From: Chiloscyllium plagiosum
Lineage: Eukaryota
DNA length: 64,000 nucleotides
Assembly (NCBI RefSeq): GCF_004010195.1
Contig: NC_057719.1
Coordinates: 87,931,225-87,995,224 of the forward strand
Reading direction: 5' to 3'
The notes beneath the pieces were generated by a model, which had not been told where the DNA came from, did not search any database, and saw only the letters and a list, made by a program, of their open reading frames with translations. Made by a program: the position numbers and the translations under genes. Positions 50,350 to 62,305 of this stretch are shown here, piece after piece. The stretch's first letter is position 1. Each line of letters opens with the position of its first letter.

Positions 50350-52815
50350 ATAGAGTCATAGTCATAGTCACAGAGTCATAGAGACATAAAGCAGGGAAAC
50401 ACACCCTTCAGTCCAACTTGTCCATGTCAACCAGATATCTTAACATAATCTAGTCCCATTTGATAGTACTCAGAACATAGAATGTTACAGCGCAGTACAG
50501 GTCCTTCAGCCTCGATGTTGCAGCTACCTGTGAAACCAATCTGCAGTCTATCTAATCTACACTATTCCATTCTCATCCATATGCCTATCCAATGATCATT
50601 TAAATGTCCTTAAAGTTGGCAAGTCTATTACTGTTGCAGGCAGTGCATCCCACGCTCCAACTACTCTCTGAGTAAAGACACTATCTCTGACATCTGTCCT
50701 ATATCTATCACCCCTCAATTTAAAACTATGTCCTTCGTGCTGGGCATTGCCATCAGAGGAAAAAGGCTCTTACTGTCCAACCTATCTAACCCTCTAATTA
50801 TCTTATATGTCTCAAACTTGGCCCATATCCCTCTAAACCCTTCCTATTCATATACCCGTTCAGATGCCTTTTAAATGCTGTAATTGTACCAGCCTCCACC
50901 ACTTCCTCTGGCAGCTCATTCCACACATGCACCACCCGCTGCGTGAAAAAATTGCCCCTTAAGTACCTTTTATATCTTTCCCCTCTCACCTGAACCTATG
51001 CCCTCTAGTTCTGGACTCCACCATTCCAAGGAAAAACACTTCTATTTATCCTATCTATGCTCCTTATGATTTTATAAAACTCTATAAGGTCACCCCTCAG
51101 CCTCTGACCCTCCAGGGAAAGCAACCCCAGCATATTCAGCCTCTCTCTATAGCTCAAACCCTTCAACCCAGCCAACATTCTTGTAAATCTTTTCTGAACC
51201 CTTTCAAGTTTCACAACATCCTTCTGACAGGAAGGAGACCAGATATGCACACAATATTCCAACAGTGGCCTAACCAATATCCTGTACAGCTGCAACATGA
51301 CCTCCCAAATCCTGTACTGAATACTCTGACCAATAAAGGAAAGCATACCAAATGCCTTCTTCACTATCCTATCTACCTGCGACTCCACTTTCAAGGAGCT
51401 ATGCACTTCAAGGTCTCTGTTCAGGAACACTCCCCAGGACTTTACCATTAAGTGTATAAGACCCACTCTGATTTGCTTTTTCAAAATGCAACACTACGCA
51501 TTTATCTAAATTAAACTTTATCTGCCACTTCTCCTATAGCCCATTGTCCTATCTGATCAAAATCCTGTTGTACTCTGAGGTAAACTTCTTTACTGTCCAC
51601 TACACCTCCAATTTTGGTGTCATCTGCAAACCTACTAAATATACTTCCCATGTTCACATCCAAATCACTTTTATAAATGATGAAAAGGATCGGTGAACCC
51701 AGCACCGATCCTTGTGACACTCCACTGGTCACAGACCTCCAGTCTGAAAAACAACCCTCCACCACTACCCTCTTTCTTCTCCCTTTGAGCCAGTTCTGTA
51801 ACCAAATAGCTAGCTCTCCCTGTATTCCATGAGATCTAACCTTGCTAACCAATCTCCATGAGGAACCTTGTCAAACGCCTTACTGCAGTCCATATAGATC
51901 AGGTCCTCTGCTCTGCCCTCATCAATCCTCTTTGTTACTTCTTCAAAAATCTCAATCAAGTTCGTTAGAAATGATTTCCCACGTTCAAAGCCATGCTGAC
52001 TATCCCTAATCAGTCCTTGCTTTTCCAAATACATGTAAATCTTGTTTCTCAGGGTTCACTCCAACAACTTGCCAACCATTGATGTCAGGCCCACTGGTTC
52101 ATAGTTCCCTGCCTTTTCCTTACCACCTTTCTTAAACAGTGGCATCACTTTAGCCAACCTCCATTCTTCTGGCATCTGACTTGTGACTATCAATGATACA
52201 AATATCTCAGCAAGAGGCCCAGCAATCTCTTCCCTATCTTCCCAAAGAGTTCTAGGATACACCTGATCAGGTCCTGTTGATTTATTCACTTTTATTCAAC
52301 ATTATGCATTTCAACATGTTCAACACCTCCTCCTCCTCTGTAATATGGACATTTTTCAAGATGTCACCATCTATTTCCCTACATTCTATATCTTCTATGT
52401 CCTTCTCTACAGTAAACACTGATGCAAAATACTCATTTAGTATCTCCTCTATCTCCTGCTGCTCCTTACGTAGACTGCCTTGCTGATCTTTGAGTGGCCC
52501 TATTCTCTCCATAATTACCCTTTTGTCTTTAACATATTTATAAAAACCCTTATTTATAAAAAGGATAAAAATCCTTAACCCTATTTACCAAAGCTATCTC
52601 ATGTTCCCTTTTTGCCCTCTCGATTTCCCTCTTAAATATACTCCTACTGCCTTTATATTCTAAGGATTCACTTGATCTCTCATATCTATACCTGACAAAT
52701 GCTTCCTTCTTTTTCTTAACCAAAACCTCAACTTCTTTAGTCATCCAGCATTCCCTATACCGACCAGCCTTTCCTTTCACAGGAATATCCTGTCTCTGAA
52801 CTCTCGTTATCTAAT
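50350..52815 (-). mobile_element. CR1/HER1-like LINE with a second CR1 3' end nested at about 50470-50812
   Basis: ORFs with QHGFERGKSFLTNL, GVSQGSVLG, RFADDTKIGG and LERVQKRFTR. (CTATGACT)n tail at about 50350-50385. Confidence 0.93.
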
Positions 52816-53731
52816 TTTATTGCGCATGCTGATGATACCCCTAATGGCAGTCTCATATATTAGTACAAACCGTATGGGTATTTATTGTAGCAATCTCCTG
52901 GAATCCTTATCTAACCATAACTGCAAATACATGTGGCTCATTCCAGCCTTGTGAAGGACAACCTGTCCTGCCACCTTTGTGTATGAAGCCTCTATGCGAG
53001 GGATTGAGTAATCATCCAGCTGCAGAAAGCATTTGTTTAAAATCCCCCCTTCAAGGCAAACTAAACCCCGTCGGACTTCGCAATCAGTTTGACCGGTGCT
53101 GCCCATTCTACAAACTGGACCAGTTTGACAATTCCTTCACTTTCCAGCCCTCTGATTTCTGCCTCTACTTTTGCCCATAAAGCCAAATAGCACTGGGTGA
53201 ACCTCATGGAATTGCATCCTGGTCAACATGCAAGATTGCCTTGGCTCCTTTAATGTGCCCAGACCTCCCCAAAAAGCATCTGGGTATTTAATTATGACAT
53301 CACTCAGACAGCCATTTTCTAATTGTAAAACGTTGAACCAATCAAGGTGAATCTTTCTCAACCAATTCTGCCCCATCAAGCTTGGGCCTGAACTTTTACT
53401 CCAACCAGAGGTACCTGAACCAGCTGCTTCTCATAAGAAACCTGAACCGAAGTTGTACCCTTAATCTGTAAAGGCTCCCTGGTGTAGATTCTCAGTCCAG
53501 CAGAGGCCTTGCACAAACGTAAGGAGTTGGAGTCCAGAGCAAATTTGGTTAAATACTAATCCCGTGTTTACAGTATCAACCTGTGTTGGACGAGGTGACA
53601 AGTTAACCAGGTGTTTATTTTGATTGGTTCTGATTTGGATGTTGCTAAACAATTTAACTGTTCCAAACCAGATGTGCGAGGGCTTTCCAGGGTGTGCATT
53701 CTTCTGGATACTGGCCTGTGAGTTCTCTTAG

Positions 53732-53945
53732 GAGAAAGTGAGGACTGCAGATGCTGGAGGTCAGAGCTGAAAATGTGTTGTTGGAAAAGTGCAGCAGGTC
53801 AGGCAGCATCTAAGGAGCAGGAGAATCGACGTTTCGGGCATGAGCCCTTCTTCAGGAAGAAGGGCTCATGCCCAAAACGTCGATGCTCCTGCTCCTTGGA
53901 TGCTGCCTGACCTGCTGCGCTTTTCCAGCAACACATTTTCAGCTA
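53732..53945. mobile_element. Palindromic Penelope-terminus mini-element with 13-bp TSD and intact hammerhead core on minus (53828-53855)
   Basis: tgagttctcttag at 53719-53731 and 53946-53958. Confidence 0.9.
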
Positions 53946-55155
53946 TGAGTTCTCTTAGTCATTTTAGGCCTAGTGGGACTCATTTGCTGTCTCAAGTCCA
54001 CATACATTGCTGGCCTGGATCCTGAAGGAAATTTTAATGTCTGGCCAAAGCTTGGATTTTGTTTTGGGGTTTTGCTATAGGGTGACCTCGAGTCCCTCTG
54101 TTTAGGATATGTCCTCATTAAGGCAATGCAATTGCCTTCACTGAAGTGGTGTTCCCTAGTTCAGTTGAACTGGCGAAGGTATCTACTTCCATCAGGAAAC
54201 ACTGCAACCCATGTGCTCCACTTGCTACATTATCCAATGACAAAGTCAGCTGTATTTTCTGTATGAAATCCAGTTGGGCTTCATCAAGTAGGTACTTTTG
54301 CATGGTTATATCATCTCTCCCACATACCAAATAGTCTCTCAGCATCTCAGTAAATGTTAAACCAAAGTCATACACCTCTAACAGTTGTCTTAAACTTGTT
54401 AAAAATCCCAATATGGATTCCCCTGGTTCTCGAATTGCTGAGTAAAATCAATATCATCTCAGAATTAGAGGAGGCTTGGGGTTGTAATATTCCTTAACTA
54501 AATCTGTCAACTCTTGAAAGTATCTGGTGCCTCAGGGAAAGTTAAGTCCCTAATAACTGATAACGCTGTGGGTCCACAAACTTTCAGGAGAATTACTTGT
54601 TGCTTTTCAACTGCCCCAAAGTCATTTGCCTGGATAAAATAGCGCATTGTTTCCATATACTGGGCACAGTCTTCAATGGCAGGATTGAACAAGTCAAGCT
54701 TCCCAAATAGCAATATGATGCCAGAAATGCTTTCCTCAACTCAAAGATGACTGTTGCGAGTGAATATCTTCAGGAACATGCTCTCGTCATCACTGAAATA
54801 ACACCACAGAGGCCAGTACCATGTCATCAAGTCACCCTTTACTTACACGTAGAGAGAGAGAGAGAGAAAACATGCAGATGCTGTAGAGTCAGAGTTGAAA
54901 AGTGTGCCACTGGAAAAGCACAGCAAGTCAGGCAGCATCCGAGGAGCAGGAAAGTCGACGTTTTGAGCATAAGCCTGATGAAGGGCTTATGCACGAAATG
55001 TCATCTCTCCTGCTCCTCAGATGTTGCCTGACCTGCTGTGCTCTTCTAGTGCCAGACTTTTTGACTCTTACTCACAGAGAGTCCTTGACACTGATCCAAC
55101 TCGCTCAAGTGAGTTCTGAGAGTGAGAGCAGGATATCTGACACTCCTGTTCTTTT

Positions 55156-56887
55156 TTTTTTCGCGTGGTGCTTGCGGTCTATTTTTTTTTCTAACGTAAC
55201 CGGAATCTCCTTTTTTTTTTCTTCTTCTTCTTTCTTTTTTTCCCACACTACCACCTAAGTGCAGTAGTGCTTATTATATATTTTTTTCCCAGCACCCATG
55301 GTGTGTGTGTGCGCAGGTGTGAGACACAGTGAAAGACACAAAGTGCACCAATCTTTATTCATTTTCCACCACCAGGAAGATAGGAAAACACCCGGGTGGC
55401 CAGTGACAAACACTGCCCTTCACATCAAGGGACAGTGCTGTGTGATCAAAATAGTGAAGGGGAGGGTAGGGACTAAATCAAAATAGAGTTTCTCCTGTTT
55501 ATTTTTTTTTTCTTTTTTTTTGTGGAAGACACAAAGTGCACGAATCTTTATTCAATTTCCACCACCAGGAAGATAGGACTNNNNNNNNNNNNNNNNNNNN
55601 NNNNNNNNNNNNNNNNNNNNNNNNNNNNNNNNNNNNNNNNNNNNNNNNNNNNNNNNNNNNNNNNNNNNNNNNNNNNNNNNNNNNNNNNNNNNNNNNNNNN
55701 NNNNNNNNNNNNNNNNNNNNNNNNNNNNNNNNNNNNNNNNNNNNNNNNNNNNNNNNNNNNNNNNNNNNNNNNNNNNNNNNNNNNNNNNNNNNNNNNNNNN
55801 NNNNNNNNNNNNNNNNNNNNNNNNNNNNNNNNNNNNNNNNNNNNNNNNNNNNNNNNNNNNNNNNNNNNNNNNNNNNNNNNNNNNNNNNNNNNNNNNNNNN
55901 NNNNNNNNNNNNNNNNNNNNNNNNNNNNNNNNNNNNNNNNNNNNNNNNNNNNNNNNNNNNNNNNNNNNNNNNNNNNNNNNNNNNNNNNNNNNNNNNNNNN
56001 NNNNNNNNNNNNNNNNNNNNNNNNNNNNNNNNNNNNNNNNNNNNNNNNNNNNNNNNNNNNNNNNNNNNNNNNNNNNNNNNNNNNNNNNNNNNNNNNNNNN
56101 NNNNNNNNNNNNNNNNNNNNNNNNNNNNNNNNNNNNNNNNNNNNNNNNNNNNNNNNNNNNNNNNNNNNNNNNNNNNNNNNNNNNNNNNNNNNNNNNNNNN
56201 NNNNNNNNNNNNNNNNNNNNNNNNNNNNNNNNNNNNNNNNNNNNNNNNNNNNNNNNNNNNNNNNNNNNNNNNNNNNNNNNNNNNNNNNNNNNNNNNNNNN
56301 NNNNNNNNNNNNNNNNNNNNNNNNNNNNNNNNNNNNTTGGTGGAGACCGCGTGCTCCTTCTCCAAGGACACCCGGGCTCTAACGTAACCGCGGAAGAGGG
56401 GCAGGCATTCGGCCCTAACGACCCCCTCCACGGCCCGCTGCCTGGACCTGTTGATGGCCAGTTTGGCCAGGCCCAGGAGCAGACCCACGAGGAGGTCTTC
56501 AGACCTGCCCTCCTTCCTGCGTACCGGGTGCCCAAAGATCAGGAGCGTGGGACTGAAGTGCAGCCAAAAACAGAGGAGAAGGTTTTTAAGGAAATCAAAA
56601 AGGGAGTGCAAACGCCCACACCCAATATAGACGTGGTCCACGGACTCCACAGCGCCACAGAACAAGCAGTTGGGCTGGGAGTCCGTGAACCACCGCAATC
56701 TGCGGTTGCAGGGGACTGCTGCGTGCAGCACCCTCCACCCCAGATCCCCGAGAGAAAGGGGGAGGACTCCCGCGTAGAGAGCCCTCCACTGGGGATCCCC
56801 ACCGCCCGGTGGCAAATGGGCACGCCAAGGCATGTCCGGACGGTGGATGAGGGAGAAGAGGTGGACGGTGTGCAGCAGCAGTCTGTA
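55156..56887 (-). mobile_element. Tx1 (L1-clade) LINE, 5'-truncated and young, with 14-bp TSD, spanning the gap at 55581-56336
   Basis: C-terminal zinc-binding region DLGWRVLH...CLFCGAVESVDHVYIGC.RL, GC- and CpG-rich. actcctgttctttt at 55142-55155 and 56888-56901. A-rich tail on minus. Confidence 0.9.
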
Positions 56888-57654
56888 ACTCCTGTTCTTT
56901 TCTGTCAGCCAGGTCTCCCTGATTGGACCAGATTAACAGCCCCAATCAGGGAACACATATTCAGTGAGGTCCACCTGGCCGATCCCGTTACAATCACTAC
57001 AATGATCCGCTTCAGTACACTGAGGACTTGTGAATGGTGCTGAACATTGTGCAATCATCAGCGAATGCTCCTACTTCTGACTTTATGATGAAGGGAAAGT
57101 CATTGATGAAGCAGCTGAAAATGGCTTGGCATAGGACACTACCTGAGGAAATCCTGCAGAGATGCCCTGGAGCTGAGATGACTGACCTTCAACAACCACG
57201 ACCATCTTTCTATGTGCCAGGTATGACTCCGACCAATAGAGAGTTTGCCTCCCAATTCCCATTGATTCTAGTTTAGCTCTGGCTCCTTGATGACCACCTG
57301 GTCAAATCTGGCCTTGATATCAAGGGCTGTAAGTCTCATGATATCCATTTTGTAAATCCATGCTGATTGTGTCTGATTCTGCCACTATTTTCTAAGCTAT
57401 AAAATCCTTGATAATGGACTCTGGCAACTTCCCCAGTACTGATGTCAGACTCATTGGTCTATAATTCCCTGCCTCCTCTCTACCTCGCCTTTTAAGTAGT
57501 GGGGTTACATTAGCTAACGTCCAGTCTGTAGTAATACATGTTCCATGTGGTAAACTGGATGGAGATGGTACCCACTTCCTGATTTGACAGAATTATAAAG
57601 ATGCTTCTTGGTAAAGTTATAAGCATGAGTTAGATTATTTTTACACACGCCGGT

Positions 57655-58345
57655 GGGCGGCATGGTGGCACAGTGGTTAGCACTGCTGCCTCACAGCGCC
57701 AGAGACACGGGTTCATTTCCCGACTCAGGCGACTGACTGTGTGGAGTTTGCACATTCTCCCCGTGTCTGCGTGGGTTTCCTCCGGGTGCTCCGGTTTCCT
57801 CCCACAGTCCAAAGATGTGCAGGTCAGGTGAATTGGCCATGCTAAATTCCCGTAGTGTTAGGTAAAGGAGTAAATGTAGGGGAATGGGTGAGTTGCGCTT
57901 TGGCGGGGCGGTGTGGACCTGTTGGGCCAAAGGGCCTGTTTCCACACTGTAAGTAATCAAAGTAATCTAATCTAATCTAATCTCGACTTGCTCCAAACCT
58001 TAATGTCCTTTACCTGCATGGGGTGGTAACGTGGCTCAGTGGTTAGCACTGCTGCCTCCCAGCGCCAGGGACCCAGATTTGATTCTAGCCTCAGGTGATT
58101 GTCTGTGTGGAGTTTGCACATTCTCCCCATGTCTGCGTGGGTTTCCTCCCATGATCCCAAGATGTGCAGGTTAGGTGAATTGGCCATGATAAATTGTCCC
58201 ATGGTGTCCAGGGATGTGTAGGTTAGGTGCCTGAGTCAGGGTAAATATAGGACAATAGGGTAGGGGAATGGGTCGAGGTGGGTTACTCTTCGGAGGGTCA
58301 GTACGCATTTATTGGGCTGAAGGGTCTGTTTCACACTGTAGGGAT
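57655..58345 (+). mobile_element. Two tandem HE1-type V-SINEs (57655-57982 and about 58020-58345)
   Basis: tRNA-like A/B boxes, V domain tgtgtggagtttgcacattctcccc...cctccca, and a (TCTAA)n tail on the first copy. Confidence 0.92.
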
Positions 58346-58974
58346 TATTTGATTCAATGACTCTATCTGTAACTTGTAACAAAGGCAATGCAATAATTGT
58401 AGAGGACTTTTATAGTTTGAACAAATTAGATTGGCAAAAGTAATTTTTCTTTACATCTGGAAGTGCTAGCAGACATAACCAAATGACTTTCTCACCCACC
58501 TAATAGCCGTGACTCTTTTTTTGTTTTTAACGATTAATCACCACCCGTGAAGCTAATTAGATGTTTACATTGCAAAGCCCATTATAGAACCATCAAACTG
58601 GCAAAAATTGGCGTGTTCGTGGAATATATCTGAAACAATTTTCTAGAACAAACAGGAACGAGTATATTTTACATCTTGTTTTGTGTGAGGCGAGATGTTT
58701 AATCAGTAATCTGGCAACAAGAGGTACCCTAAGGAAGAACAGTCACAGTATATCACTTTACATTTGAGTGACCTACCTAAGACTTACACAGGTGCAAGGC
58801 AAATTATAGAATCATAGAATCCCCTACAGTGTGGAGGCAGGTCATTTGGTCATCAAGTCCACACTACCCCTCTGAAGAGCATCCCACTCAGATTCACCTC
58901 CTACCCTATTCCTATAACCCTACATTTTTCACAGATAATCCACCTAACCTGTACATCCCTGGACACTGTGGGCC

Positions 58975-61900
58975 AAGGAGGCCAGGCCCGACTCACATAT
59001 CTGTAGGAGCAGAAGACTCACTCCGCCAACTCCTGGGACCGTGCAGGAACAAAATCCCCATCCCCAAGGAGACCAGACCAGCTCAGGCCTAAATTACAAC
59101 TTCGAGGGGATGGGGAGGAGGGGGGGTTGCGCGTGGTGAGTTGGTGGTGGCAGGCCCAGCCTGCCCGGACTTGACGGACTTACCTGGAGCAGCAGACCTG
59201 CATGACCAACTCCTGGGACCGTCCAATTGCAGGAAACCTTCAAGGAAACAGGGAAAATGTGCTGGCCTGAGGATGAGGTTGAAACAATCAGTTTCAAGAA
59301 CCCCCTCCCCAGCATACTACTGGCCGATGTCCAGGCTATCGAAAACAAAACGGACGATCTGAGATGTCCTGATGAAGGGATTATGTCCATAACATTGATC
59401 CTCCTGCTCCTTGGATGCAGCCTGACCTGCTGTGCTTTTCCAGCACCATACTCTTGACTCTGATCTCCAGCATCTGCAGTCCTCACTTTTTCCTAGAACT
59501 CAGATCTAGTCTCACTTTCTAGAGGAAACTGAGAGACTGCTGTGTGCTCTGCTTCACGGACACTTGCCTCACCCCTGCTACTCCCAACTATGCCTTACAA
59601 GCTGACAAGTTCTCCATACACCGTGTGGAACGCACGGTGTCCTAGGGCAAGAGAAAGGGCAGTGGGGTATACTTTCTGGTCAATACCTCCTGGTGCTCGG
59701 ACGTAGTGACCCTGGTGAGCCACTGCTCCCCAGACCTATAATACCTCACAGTAAAACGCCATCCCTACTATCTGCCACATGATGGGGATGTGGAGAATGC
59801 CATAAACACTCTCGAGATGAAATTCTCCGAGGCCTTATTCATCATACGACAACTTCAACCAAGCCAACCTGAAGGCCAAAGTACCACCAACATGTCTCCT
59901 GGCCCACCAGAGGACCGAACTTTCTGGACCACTGCTACACCACCATCAAAGACACCAACCACTCCAACCCTGCCCACACTTTGGAAAATCAGATCATGGT
60001 GCTGTGTTCCTCCTTCCAGCTTACAAGTAGAAGCTGAAATGGGAGGACCGTTCACAAAAGGAAGTACAATGCTGGTCCGAGCCAGTGGATGAGCATCTCC
60101 GGGACTGCTTGGAATCGGTGGACTGGACTGTCTTCAAGTACTCAGCGGAAAACCTAGACCAGTATGCCACCACTGTCAGTGACTTCATTAGCAAATGCGT
60201 GGAGCACTGTATACCAATGAATCAATCCAGGTGTTCTCCAACCTTGGATGAACCAGGAAATCACTCCCTACTAAAGACCAGGCGTACAGCATTCAAGTTG
60301 GATGAAATCCAGATATGACCTCCACAAAGCCATTAGGGATGCCAAGAAGCAGTACCAGACCCACTTAAAGATTCAAATCTACCAGGTAGGCACCTGCCCC
60401 CTGTGGCAAGGCTGAAACAACATTACAGGATACAAAATGAAACAGAGCAAGATAGCAGACAAAGATACATCCCTGCGTGCTTTCTATGCTCGGTTCAAGC
60501 AGAATTCCAGCGGCATGGTGTTACCTGCCCTGACAGCCCCTGACATATGCACCTGTGCCCACTGCTGCAGACATCAGTTCAGTCTTCCTGGGAGTCAAAC
60601 CAAGGAAAATGACAGGCCCGGACAGAGTCCCCAGCTGAGCACTTATATCCTGCGCAGACCAACTCGTGGGAGGTATTCATCGACATCTTCAACCTCTCAG
60701 TCCTGCAAGCCAAAGTCCCCACCTGCTTCAAGAAGACCACCATCATCCCAGTACCTAAGAAAGCACATGCAATGTGCCGTAATGCCTACCACCCAGTGAC
60801 TCTGACCTCAATAATCATGAAGTGCTTCGAGAGGCTGGTCATGGTGCAAATCAACTCCTGTCTCCCAGCCTCCCTTGTTCCTCTACCATTTGCCTACCGC
60901 TGTAACAAGTCCACAGGGAAATGTCATTCCGTAGCCCAGCACTCACCCCTGGAACACCTGGATAACAAGGGAACCTATGTCAGACTCCTGCTTACTAACT
61001 ACAGCTCGGCATTCAACACCATTATCCCATCCCATCTGATCTCAACACTCTGAGACTTAGGTCTGGGCTCCGCCCTCTGCAACTGGATCGTCAGCTTCCT
61101 GACCCACACACCGCAATCAGTGAAGATAGGTAACTGCATCTCCTCCACAATAACCCTCAACACTGGAGCCCTTCAAGGATGCATTCTCAGCCCTCTACTG
61201 TACTCCTTGTACACCCATGACTGTGTTGACAAATTCCAAACAAACATGTTTGCTGATGACACCACCTTGGTAGAGCAGATATCAAACAATGATAAGTTGA
61301 AATACAGAAAGGAGATAGAGGGCTTGGTGATGTGGTGCAATAAAAACAACCTCTGTCTCAATGTTGGCAAAACTAACGAACAGATCATTGACTTCAGAAA
61401 CAAGGGAGGAGGGCACACCCCCAGCTACATCAATGGAGCTGATGTTGAAAGGGTGGAGAGCATCATGTACCTAGAAGTGACAACAAACGACAACCTGTCC
61501 TGGACTTCTCATGTTGATGTAACAGTCAAGAAGACAGTCAGGAGCGTCAGAAAATTTGTCTTGTCTTGTCTTGTCCCTCACCAATGTTTACAGATACAGT
61601 ATTGCAAGCATACTGTCCAGATACATAACGGCCTGTACAGTAATTGCTCTGCCCAGGACCATAAGAAACTATAGAAGGTTGTGTGCATAGCCCAGACCCT
61701 CATGGAAGGCAGCCTTCCATCCATAGAGCTGAAAATGTGTTGCTGGAAAAGCGCAGCAGGTCAGGCAGCATCCAAGGAGCAGGCGAATCAACGTTTTGGG
61801 CATGAGTCCTTCTTCAGGGCTTTTCCAGCAACACATTTTCAGCTCTGATCTCCAGCATCTGCAGTCCTCACTTTTTCCATCCATGGACTCATTGAGATGG

Positions 61901-62305
61901 CCCGTTGCTGAGGAAAGGCTGCCAACATCATCAAAGACCCCTCCCACCCGAGTAATGATCTCCTTCAACCTCTTCTATCAGGAGGAGAAAGTGAGGATTG
62001 CAGATGCTGGAGATTAGAGTCAAGAGTATGGTGTTGGAGAAGCACAGCCGGTCAGGCAGCATCTTCTTCCATCAGGCAGGAGATACAGAAGCTTGAACAC
62101 ACACACCAACAGGTTCAAGAAGAGCTTCTTCCCTGCTGTTACTGGACTGATGAATTTTTTCAATAATTTCAAATAATGCTGATCTTGTTCATGTTGCCTC
62201 TGTGTATTTTTCACCCTACGATCTGCATGTTCTTGCTTACTATGATCTGCCTGTACTGCTCATAACAAAGCTTTTCACTTAGGTACACATCAAATCAAAT
62301 CAAAT
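58975..62305 (+). mobile_element. Rex1/Babar-like non-LTR retrotransposon, near full length and degenerate
   Basis: [68 protein letters not shown] and LSWTSH motifs, with a (CAAAT)n tail. Three Penelope mini-inserts lie inside it. Confidence 0.85.

Larger units (their letters stand above)
52820..57001 (-). mobile_element. Second gypsy LTR retrotransposon: 5' LTR (54794-57001, interrupted), gag, protease and truncated RT
   Basis: LTR TGTAGT...TCA followed by a degenerate TGGCGACGAG-type PBS. gag LFGKLDLFNPAIED..QY, protease VDTVNTG and RT YSIPRIE...MSHMYLQL. Ends abruptly at the CR1. Confidence 0.82.

Noticed and set aside
57655..57730. tRNA gene
   Set aside because: It is the tRNA-derived head of a V-SINE and is followed by the V domain and a LINE tail.
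58780..58800. Minus-strand GTAAGT donor as a possible upstream NDUFAF1 exon end
   Set aside because: The adjacent sequence does not encode CIA30 motifs and runs into a SINE tail.
4879..62075. CRISPR-like or prokaryotic repeat system
   Set aside because: The repeats are dispersed TE copies with TSDs in spliced eukaryotic context, with no regular spacers or cas genes.
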